NCBI GenBank assembly: GCA_001938485.1
Contig: MQRK01227159.1
Location: 62,001-126,000 of the forward strand
Source of the DNA: Girardia tigrina
Taxonomy: Eukaryota
Direction of reading: 5' to 3'
DNA: 64,000 bases
Both the position numbers and the translations under genes were made by a program. The notes beneath the pieces were generated by a model, which saw only the letters and a program-made list of their open reading frames with translations, had not been told where the DNA came from and made no database searches. How positions within the stretch are numbered: the first letter of the stretch is position 1; each line of letters opens with the position of its first letter. Of the stretch, positions 28,501 to 41,100 are shown one piece after another.

Positions 28501-31500
28501 TGACTTGATGTGTACGAATGATAAGATGAAATGGAAATTTATCTGAAAACACTTCATTACATCGGTTCCATAAGCGTAAGAACATTCTCTAGAATTTGAT
28601 ACTCATCCCCTACTTGATGATTTATCGTCGAGTGTTTCAAAATCCATAGAATCAGTAGACATTAAATCACACATAATTTCAATAGATCAAGTCTGACGGT
28701 CATGGAATACTCCTAATTGTATTTCTAAGATTTTTAAATTCACGCATTAGATCTTTACATACAGAAAAAAAACAAAATTAGACAATAAAAAGCAAATATT
28801 CATTAAATTTGATTTAATAATAACAGATATATGTTTCTTTGAACAAGACGTCAAAACGTGATCTTTTCGTTTACCAAATTTATTTATATTTATAAATTTA
28901 AATTTAACTCGCCAATATCTGGCATCCACAACATAAAACTCCAAAGTCTCTAGCGATTCGAAGTGGATTCAATGAGGAAATTTAGATATGATTCTTTAGT
29001 GAATTATGAGGTGGGGTTTTGATGCAGCTATCTCTGAGTCGATACTGCCGGACTTCTTTATGTAGTCCATGTCTTTGATGCGTTCGTCCTCGTAAACATC
29101 GGAAATCTCTGAATCTGAATTGCATTTCCAACAGCAGCCCAGTTTGCATTTACGCATTATATAGAAAAAAGCAATCGAGAACGCTGTTACTTCATTCTAT
29201 TGGCACATTTTCCATTTATATAATCACAGATTTAATTCTATATCGATAATTCATACGTATTTTGTCATAAGTGCCTTTTGGCATAACTAAATGAGAATGG
29301 GTGTAATACACTATAAAAAATATTGATTAAGCCTTTATAATCGATAATATTCTAAAACATAAAAAATTAATTCCACAAAAAGAACTTTATAAACTTATCA
29401 AAATTTTAGAAATTTAAAAACTTGTACTAGATTTTTTTCAAGAATATATAACTTCTATAAATTTTCCTACGTTAACATTTTCTTAAAATTTAAGTAAAAA
29501 AATTAATTCAAAATAATTAACGAAATATTACTCTAAAAACAAAAAATAAATATTTATAACACTTTGTAAATGATTTTTAATGTAATAAATAATTAAATAT
29601 TTACATATATTTAAATGAGTATGAATAAACACAGTAGATAAATGAATTAATTCGAAAGATAAATAAATGATTCCAGAAGATAAATTTAAATACGTAGAAG
29701 ATAAAATTTGTGGAGGGAAATTGTTTGTAACTGGTATTAATTAAGACGAGAAATGAATAAACTTAGTAGCTATTTGGCTACTATGTTAATTTAAATGAAT
29801 TAATTTAGAATATAAATAAACTAAACCAGCAGATAAATTAAAAAAAAAGATAAAATGTTTTAATTAATTAATTTTATTTTTTGTCACAATAAGAAATAAG
29901 TAATGTTTTTAGATAAAAAATATAAATCAACATCAAAGGAATTAAGCAAAACATTTTTAAACTTCCAAATTACATTTTAGATTTTTTAGAATTATTAGTT
30001 GGCAACACTTCACTTGCTTTGAGCTTCTTAGGCACTGAACTCTCATTGTTTCTAAAGCAAATTATTTCTGCTGGGGGATCATGCTTCTGTTTTGGACTCA
30101 ATGTCATATTTTGCGCTCTAAGTGGTATAGAAGTATACTCATAGCGACAGAAAAGCAGTAATAAATGTTTGCAGATGTAATTTTTTGTAATTCTCTACAG
30201 TTGCATCTGCTAAAGGTCCAATGGTGCTTATCTTTGATGAGGCATTGTTCCCAGAAACGCGACTGCGTGTCCTTGAACGAATCAAAATCAGTCCAGTTGA
30301 ATTTATCTTTTAGCCTTCTATACTCTTAAATTTACTTTGAAATTTGTAGCAATTGTTCAACCTGACGCCATGTAATGAATCTTCTCTTTGCTTTTTTGAA
30401 CCTTTTGTTGTTTGTCTCTAATCGATACACTGACATGTTTTCTTTGTCGTAGTGATAAATTATGAATATTTTGGCATGGCATCCACAAGAAGCTTTGAAT
30501 TCATTCCTTCAGTTTGGCAGATCAGATTCCACCCATAAATTGTCTTGCATTACACAGTACTTAGAATCTTCTTTTTCAGTAAATGTTTGCATCTTTTCGT
30601 AAGTTGTATTTTTTTCCAAGCTTGTTGTTGGATCGTGCTCTATTTTTATCTACTTGTTCAGATGTTATGTGCTGATTTTGGATTTCGATGAATTCTTCTT
30701 CCTTTGAATCATCACTTGAGGTATCGCATTCACTTGAATCATCACTTGAGTCATCTTCTAGGTTGCTGGCTTCTTGTTTATGGTTTTGATTTGTTTTTTT
30801 GTTCTTTTTGTTTGTTGTATTACTCTAAGCGTTGGATTTGTTTCCTGTTAAATTTTCATTTTTTATTCACTAATTTATATATTTTTACATACTATCATTA
30901 ATAATTATGACATTTTCTCTGATTATTCGATACAGATTTATAGTTTTGGTAGAATAAGTTTGCTTTTTCAGTGGATGTTACACCGATAACAAATTCTATA
31001 AGGATTGGAACAGGACTTAAGGATTATTTTATTGAATCAATAAACGTTTATTATAAACGATATTTTTATCACTCTTTTCAGATTAATGAATGATTATTTG
31101 TAAAACGGTGAAAATTGGCTTAATGAAAAACGCTTATGGTAATTAGTTTATTAGTTTATTATTATCATTGTTGATACTTTCTTTGTGATTCTTAATATTC
31201 TTTCGCATCAAATCATTTTTAAATGCTATACGATTTAAATAATTTCATTGGAATAAATTTTATCTAGCATTTTTTCAGGGTCTGGGACAATAAACACTCG
31301 TAAACATAAAAGACCCTCAGCTATATCTTGTCCTGATCATGACCTAATGATATCCCCTAGACCAAGTGTTCAGTTAATGGCTTCAGGTGACAGTTCGCCT
31401 CCAATCAAAGCAAGAGCAGGTGCTGTAGTTACCTCTTCTCGTTGCTCAAAACGAAGGTTCGAATGCAAATAATTTTAAATAATCTATAATGTTCTTTCAT

Positions 31501-31981
31501 AACGTAGATCAAGCAATACTGCGGCCGCTCAAGCCTTTGCAGCTGCAACTGCTGGCTGTATTAACCCAGGAATTTGTAGTAAAGCAGCCAATAGATACTA
31601 TAGTGCTGCGAATCCTTCTGGAGATATCAAAGCTCTTTCTCTTCACAATAAACGTCTGTCAGTGATTTACACAGCTGCTACAATGAGAGTACTCAATGTT
31701 GTTAGACACTGGATTTCTAAATTTCCTGAGGTTAGTTGTCCAAATTAATTAATTAAACTAAATAATTTCACACAATAAAATCATTTTAAATACCCTAATA
31801 TACTGCGGATAACCCTCACCAGTGTATAACCCGTATTGGGTTCTTGATTAAAATTCGAAGTCATAATATGCAAACTTTATTTCTAATACAACTTTCATTA
31901 TTCAAAGAAATTTATGAGGAACAATATTTCAGTTACATAATCCAGATCTTAAAATTCTAAATATAAATAATAATATCGATG

Positions 31982-32026
<45 letters not shown>

Positions 32027-32076
32027 NNNNNNNNNNNNNNNNNNNNNNNNNNNNNNNNNNNNNNNNNNNNNNNNNN

Positions 32077-32159
<83 letters not shown>

Positions 32160-35100
32160 ATTTTATTCAATTTTGCATAAATCATATTTTGTTTTGTTTT
32201 ATTAATTTCTTACAATATTTATTAATTGAAATATAAATTTAGATCTTTAAAAATATTTTAATGGACATATCCTGTAAAAATTCAATTCCTAAATAATTTT
32301 TCTTTAATTTTAAATCATTCGATTATAAATTATTTTTATAATAAAACTTTCCCATAGACAATTAAATTCAATAAATATTATGATTTTATTTTAAATAATG
32401 TACAAGATATATCAAAATTTTCTTTACATTATTCTTTAACTCCGAAGCTGTTATTTTAATTGTGAATTTTTAAAACTTAATTTTTATAAAAAATTGTCCC
32501 AATTTAATTAAAATATTATCATTACACTATATTTTTTTACAAAAATTATTTCAATTTAATTAATAAAAATATTACCTATAAAATATATTTTTTTATGAAA
32601 CCTTATTTATTTTAATTAGTCAAAATATTATCCATAAACTTAAATTTTTTTATTTAAAAAATTATTTCATTTTAATTAGTCGAACATTATTTTTTTTTAA
32701 ATTTATCGAAAATATAAATATGATTTTTAATTTAAAAATATCAAAAATTTAAAGTTCAACAACCCGAATCTCAAATTTTTCAAAAAAAGTCTTTTTCCAC
32801 CGTATTACCTGTGGATTATCCACAGTAAATTAGGATAATTTTAATATTCACATGTATAGGAAAATATAGATATCTTAGGTACATATATAAAATACTTTAT
32901 TATTAATCATAGATAAATGCGACACACACATAAATATATGTACAGCAGGTATTGCATTAATGCAATTATTGCATTAATGCAACTTTTCCTGAAGCATATA
33001 GACGAATTGCATATGGACAATACCTACTGTAAAGATTTGTCTATATGCAAGTTTGTCTATATGCAAGTTTTTTTGCGGTACCAAGCGACTTGCATATAGA
33101 CAATATCTACTATATATGGCATTTATCTGTGATTAATAATAATGTGTTTAAGAGCTGTTTTAGTTAAAATTACTTTGACGGAAAAAAATCCATCAACATA
33201 CTTGCAACAAATTTTGTCAAAAGCTAGGTTATTATTGTGTAGAAACCTATAATCGATTCTAGACGGTATATGAAAATGAATGAAAATGTTGAAAGTAATC
33301 GGAGGTCTATGAGACCTTCAACTAACAAAAGTTGAGTGAACACGTTAAGCTGTTAGGGTAGCAAAAAAATTAAATTGAGGATTTGACAATCACGGAATTT
33401 TCTGATGATTTTTATATGTTTCATATCTTATCAATCAATTCTAACAGACAGATGCATGTGACGACAAAATAATAATAGCTTGCGATGAATCAAGGGTAGA
33501 TTGAAACTAAAGCTTAGCCATCTTATTTGAAGTTACCAAACTATCGTAGACTAAAGAAAGTCGTCAGATGAAGATTAATGTCAAGGTAATGCTCACATTT
33601 TTTTTTATTTTCATAGGATTGATTGAAAAGATTGATCTTAATTCTTTAACAAGATTAGTTTTTACTAATGTGTACTTTTCATCAAACTATTTAAGTCTCC
33701 TATCCGCCGTATTTTCCAAAAAAAGGTGCTTTATGATTTCATTTCCTTCCCAAAATTTAAATTTGCTTTCAAAATTTTCCTTTGAGAACCTGAATAACAT
33801 ATCAGCTAAATTTAACACAGGTCTCAAAAGCGTTAAAATAGAATGATTTATGTTGGACAACAGAGAATAAATAGTAACTTTTTATTTATGTAAGTTTCAA
33901 CGCATGGTTTAATATAATAAAACATCCTGAGTGAACTTTTTTTAATTAAAACAACTTTTTGCTTTGCATGAAGTTTTTAGCATCGAACTATATATACTTG
34001 ATATGTTACAAAAGTCTTAGAATTTTACTTTTATTACAATATCCACATTACATGCAGACATTTTAATATGTCTCGAGATATAGAGTTAGTAAAAATCTAT
34101 TTCTTCAGTACCATACCAAACTTTTTTAAAAACACCCTTCAGGCTAAAGGAAATCTCGATTTAGATGCTTATGGGGCTTTAGTCGATAGACTTTATACCT
34201 AAAACTATTCTCAGGTGAACTCAATTCAGGTACGGTTGAGTAAAGACCTCATCTTTATTCGCCCTAGTTCCTTGGAAACATTATTGCATTGTTTTGATTC
34301 ATTGTCTACAAAAGTTAGAAAAATACAACATAAATTTTCTTCTATAAAACATCGAAATACTGGACAACATACAACATCGATATCGAGAGCACTAATTGAG
34401 TTTTCACTACATTTATTTGTATCACAATTCGAATTGCCACTAGGACAATTCTCCATAAAACTTGTGTAGCTAGTCATCGTTCTTGATTAATAAGTTTTTA
34501 ATATTCTTTAACGTCTTATTATTCAAACAAATTTAATTTACAATTCGATTACAAGGTTTCTGGTTTTCGTTCAAAATATTTCAATTTATTTTCTGCCAAT
34601 GGGTCATCAATTAAAATCTTCGGTAAAACAATTTGTCCGAATCCGTCGGTAACTACAGATTCAATAGGAATTATGTGATTTAGTGATGATTTAGTAAGAA
34701 ATTTTAATCTTTTCATAGATTGTAAAAATCACACATAAATATAAAAACAAAACTCTCCTTTTGGATAGAATACCTCTAGTTTTCTACTTATCTTAATTCT
34801 ACGTAAGTCAAGTATATTTTAACAAAAAACCATGGTCCCTACTTTTATAACTCTGCTTATTACAATTTGAATGGCATAGATAAGCAAAGTAAATTGCTTT
34901 ACCATAAGATTAACTTCGGTAACCTTGTAAACATACATACAATTACTACTCATTCAGAGCCATATGATTCTTTTTGGTATAAAAAAGCCTATAATTGTTA
35001 GAATTCGAATAATGCTAATTCATTTGCCGAGTGAGACAAAAAAGTGAGACAACTGCCACCAGAAAAGTTCCAGTGTGCTAACGAGATTTTCAGTGATCGT

Positions 35101-38100
35101 TTAAATAAAGGAATTATCAAACAATCCATGTCAAATTGATCTTCCACTTTATTAATGAAACTGAAAAAAAGATTGAACATGGTAATGTTGGGCTGATTAC
35201 AGGTAGCTCAATGCTATTACCATGAAAGACGAGTATCTACTTCCATGAATTCGCAATATAACCCCTAAATTAGGTAAGTGCAAAATCTTTAGTATGATTG
35301 ATTTGGAAAAGGTGTATCCTAAATTGGAAATATTCCAAGATGATACCAACAAGACTGCAATTGTCACTCAGTTTGGTTTATTCAAGTAACTTAAAATGCC
35401 TTTCGGTCTGAAGAATGCCGCAGCTTTCTTTCAACACTACACGGATAAAAATCTTTTCAAATCTGAATTGTGCGGTAGTGTACTTAGACGATATACTATC
35501 AAGAAGTATATCAAATGTCAATCATGAAAAGGATTTATATACAGTATTTAAAATTTTTACGATAATCATTTAAATCTCAACAGATTCAAATGCGAGTTCT
35601 ATAAAACCGCTATTTCTTTTTAGAGCAACATTATCAGTCACAAAATGATAGTTCATATTAAAGATAAATTACGAGGGGTGTCCCAAAAGTTCGCGGACTG
35701 AGAGAATATGGCGTGGTCACGTATGTGCGTGACTGTAACGCGCGGTGTGTGTACGATGACATGAGGGGGGAACCAACCAATTGTAATTGAGGTGAACTCT
35801 CATTGGCTGCCCGTCAGCATGAGTGTGACATACGAATGTATTATTTTGTCATTTTTCTCTCTTATAGTTAGTATGGAAGAGACAGTGAAATCTCAACGAA
35901 CAATCATCTATTTTCTCTGGAAGGAAGACCCCCCCACTTCAGATATTGTGCACCGTTTACACCGCGTCTTTGGTGATGCCGCTATGGGAAGAACGGCTGT
36001 CTTTAAGTGGGTGCAACGACTCCAGGTAGGGCGTCAATCATTGGAGGATGATGAACGCATTTTTTATGATTTTATGATTTATGACCGCGTATTTTCTTCG
36101 ATAATGGTATTAGGAAGTTGACACAGAGATCAGAAAAGTGTGGGAAACTGAATGGTGATTATATTGAAAAGTTCGATAGCGATTCTGATGAGGATTGATC
36201 AATTTTGTTAACTGGAATAAACTTTTTGAATTTATTGTTACTTATCTGTCCGCGAACATTTTGGACACCCCTCGTAGATAGCATTAGTAATCTACATTAT
36301 ATCCACAGATTTTGTGGGAAATTAAATTATTATCATCAATTCATTCTACATTTCTCTTCTTTGTTAGGTCCTTTGACGGACTTAACAAAAAAATATAGCC
36401 ACAAACCATAAATTTTCTTCATGGTGTGTTACAGAAGTTCAACCTGTGGTAATCACTTGTGATGATTTTTGCCGAAATCACAAATGTGAATACCGGTAAG
36501 AAGATAGTTTTTCTTGAGGAACTTTTCTTTTGTTTTTTTTTGTTTTTGACCAGATTAATTATACATAAAAATACTGGATTATAATACTGATAACTTATTT
36601 ATTAAAACGTTAATTAAAATTGAATTTATTTTTTGAGTACGTTATAGATTTTATTATTTTATAAAAATCTTCAAAATACATTATAAAAATCTGAATGATG
36701 ACTGTTCTATTTTAAATCATTTTTAAACGTATTTTGCAACAATTTCTAGTGATCTAAAATTATTTAAATGTTGTTATTTCAATATTATTTATCTAAAACC
36801 AGTTAACTTAAATATAATTTTAGATCTTTTATAATATTTAAATGGTACATCTACTGTTAAAATTAAATTTCTTTATATTTTATTCTTCGATAATTGGTTA
36901 AACATCAATTATAATTATTCTTTTAATACAAATTGAGACTATTTCAATTTTAAATAAACATTATGATTTTTTTATTTTACCACCTAATTTTTAAAAAAAC
37001 ATTTAATTATAATTATATTTTTATACAAATTTGATACCATTTTAATTGTAACTAAAACATTATGGTTTTTATTTTACAACCCAATTTTTCAAAAAACATT
37101 TAATTATAGTTATTTTTTTAATACAAATTTTGAGTTACAATTATTTTTTATAAATATTGAAATTTTTATTTGAAACCTAATTTTATTTACAATGTTTGTT
37201 ACTCCGAATTATTTATTTCCCAAAAAGTCAAATTCTAATAAATTAAATTTTAATTACAATTTTTATTATTAATCCGAAATATTTGTTTTTTTTAATTTAT
37301 ATAAATAAATCATTTGAAATTATTTAATTATAAATATGATATTACAAATTAATTATTCAAAACTTTAAGTCACAAAAACCCCTTACACTCATATTGCCTT
37401 ATAATTTTCTATCTTAGTTAACTATTATTTGATGATACAATAGATTCCTCTAGAGAGTTTGGACAAGTCTCACTCGTCAATAGCACTGGTAGATCCAAAC
37501 ATAACCCTATCAGAACTCAGATTCAGCAGCAGCAGAAAGAACCAGTGTTTATAAAATCAACACCGTTGAAGACTGCATGAAATATTGGTCGATACAAGAT
37601 GATACATTGGTTTCATTTGACAGCTTTCCGTTGAAAGAATAGAACAAGGCTTAGATAGATCCAGTGGTAGTACACGGACGAAAAATTTGGGGGGCCCTGA
37701 AGACATATATAAAACGTAATTTAGTGAGTATCCATAGTAACCAAATTCTTACCACAATTATTCCGTGTTTTTGTCAATATTGGCCATCGATAAATATCAT
37801 AACACACGTGTTTTAAACAAACGACATACATTTATTTCAAATATTGGGTGTACAACTAATTAATTTCGTATTTTTTTTGTTAAAAAAACCATTTATTTAA
37901 TTATAAAAGTGAAAAAATATTTTATTCAAGATATTGTCCATCGGAAGCGGCAACTTTTTCCCATCTGTCAGGCAATTTATGGATTCCATCCCAAAAAAAC
38001 TTCTCATCTTTTGCGCCGAGAAAGTCATCAAGCCATTTTTTAATACCTTCAACATTAGTGAACCATATTCCAGAAAGGTGATTCTGCATCGACCGAAACA

Positions 38101-41100
38101 AGTGGTAATCAGAAGGAGCTATGTCTGGGATATAAGGCGGGTGAGGTAGAATTTCCCATCTGGCATTTTCCAAATAATTTTTGACCGGTACTGCAACATG
38201 TGGCCGAGCATTGTCATGATGGAAAATCAATTTCTCGTGTCTGGTCGCCNNNNNNNNNNNNNNNNNNNNNNNNNNNNNNNNNNNNNNNNNNNNNNNNNNN
38301 NNNNNNNNNNNNNNNNNNNNNNNNNNNNNNNNNNNNNNNNNNNNNNNNNNNNNCTTCTGATCCCACCAAATACAGAGCATTACCTTCAAACCATGAATAT
38401 TCGGCTTTGGTGTCGATTTGGCTGGTTGGCCTGGCTTCACATATGATCTTTTACGCTTTGAGTTGTCGTAATAAATCCACTTTTCATCGTTAGTGACAAT
38501 ACGATGTAAAAACGGTTTCTTTTTGTGGCGATTAAGCAGCATTTCAGACATGCAAAATCGTCTCTCGATGTCTCTCGGCTTCAATTCGTGGGGCACCCAA
38601 TTTCCTTGTTTCTGAATATATCCGGCTGCTTTTAAACGTTTAGAAATGGTTTGTTGAGTGACCTCCAATGTTTTTCCAAGTTTTTCTTGAGTTTGACATG
38701 GATCTTGATCGAGTAATGCCTCCAATTCTTTGTCTTAAAACTTTTTTGATGGACCTGATCGCTCTTTGTCTTCTGTGTCAAAATCGCCACTTAAATCGTG
38801 CAAACCACTGCTGACATACTCTAACCTCTGGAGCATATTCAGGATAAGCTTCTGAGAGTAAACGATGTGCTTCTGTTGCACTTTTCCTTAAATTAAAGAA
38901 CAAAAGCAAACCTCCCCGCAAATGCTGTTTTGTTGGAACGTAATTTGACNNNNNNNNNNNNNNNNNNNNNNNNNNNNNNNTTACTAAAATTCAATAAAAT
39001 TGACTATTGACTACATAAATAGATATGAGGTTAATAACAAATTCGAAATGAGGTAACAAATACGAATATAAGGTTATTTCGTAACAAATACGAAATTAAT
39101 TAGTTGTACATCTAATAATAAAAATATTTCACCTTAACTAAATGATTAAATTAAATTTCAACGTCTATCTGCAAAGGTATTCCAGAAATGTATTGCTGCA
39201 CGTCATAAATCAGTCTTTTTGGCACGATTTGATTCCACCACAATAACCATTAAATTTGAAAGTCTGTCTTGTGTCACAACTGTACGAAGGTGATTCTTTC
39301 CTAATTTGAGTGAAGAGCAAGACATTTCACAGGACAGGGATAGATGGTGATAAGGCCACGATTAACCATGTGGAAGAATACAAAATGGATGTCACCTTGC
39401 TCAAATATCTCACGTGAGAACAACCGATACTCAGTCCGAGCATTGGAAGCATTTACGTCCTCTCGGTAAAAGGACAATAAAGTTTATAGTTGGTCTAGAT
39501 GAGATATGTTGGGAGAACCCAAACATTCAAGCATGACAACAAGGGAAGAAAATTTGGATCGAAGTAGCTTACCAGTACTGACAATAACAGGCCAATAGTT
39601 TCATAGAAATAGTTACATCCGTATCTCTCTCGACCATTGAGTAACTCCTGATGTGAGTAATACATAAATACATAGAATATATAATATAATATTGATATTT
39701 ATTTCATTATATGTGATTTACATTGATAATCAATGCGCTTGGATATTTTTCATTGCAAGTGGCTCCTCATATTGAACGTTGATAGTTTCAGCATTTTTTC
39801 TGCTTTTGTCCACATCAGATCAAAAGTATTTTCAGAATGTTGCTCTTTGATTGCAGTAACCAGTGAGTACAATTGAGATGACGCGACGGATATATTAGTG
39901 TATTTTCTCTGTAGAGCCTTAGAAAGAATATTACAGAGCTCTAAGAATTTACTCGTGACTGTGAGACAGACGCAGAATTCAAAATCAATTGCCTTTAAGA
40001 GAGCTGATGGATCACCTGCTGTATCGATATCAAACGAGGCATCCAGAGTGATGTTTGTCATTGTAGCGACTATTACGGGAAGTGTTTTCAATAACACACC
40101 ACAGTTGGCTGCTCGGCTGCTTCATCGCGTTGTACTCAAAGATCGAAGAGTATGACAACCGAATGTCGGAGTGACTGTGTCCTGAAAACTTATTAAGTTC
40201 TCAAAAAGACAATGACGCTTTTGTGGAACATTCTATGAAGCCATAAAGTTTTTGCACTACTCCAAAGAAATTCCTCGTCGTAACATTTTCCCGATAATCA
40301 AATTTAAACGATGTGAAAAACAATGAATGAAGTATGCTGAGGGAGAAATGCTGCCAACTATTGCTTGTGCACCAGTATACTGGCCTCTCATTGTGGAAGA
40401 GCCATTGTAGCCTCTTCCGCGATACTTTTTCATAGATAATTCATATCGAACAATAAAAGAAAGTTGATCTTTCTTACTAAGGTCAGGCGAAGTATCCAAA
40501 CATAGGGGAAAATACTTCGCAAGCTTCACTTCAGAGGCTGTATCAGCCTTCAGCAACTGGCCAAGAGTTTCAATCATCTCAATTTGCGATTTAGAGGATG
40601 TTAGCTTGGGCAACCAAGTGGATTTGATAACATAATAATTTACAGTACTCATTGAGTTATTTGAACGTTGAGTTATTTAAACTCTCAGTTAATTGAAGAA
40701 AATAGTAAAATTAAGAAAATAACAAAATTAAGAAAATTAATCATATTGAAAAAGAAAATACTTCCAAACAAACAAAATTGGATGATTATAGATTTGTTTT
40801 GAAATAAAGTTTAAAAACTTATAGTGTTTCATTATTTTTCCAAATGATTTAATGGCATTTTTTAAATTATAACATAATTTTCATAATTGAGTTATTTGAG
40901 CTTTTTACAAATCCACAAGGATTCAAATAAATCAGCGGCTACTGTAATTTGAATCCCGAACAATAGTATGAAATAAACAATATGAATAATTCTACAAAAA
41001 CTAATTCTAATTGATAAAAATGAATTTATTTATAATTTTTAAATTACCTTTGTTAATTCAATTCTTCAGATTTGAAATTGTGGTAAATTTAAACAAAAAT

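Noticed and set aside
31949-32236. IYIYIY ORFs
   Set aside because: Translations of a (TA)n microsatellite.
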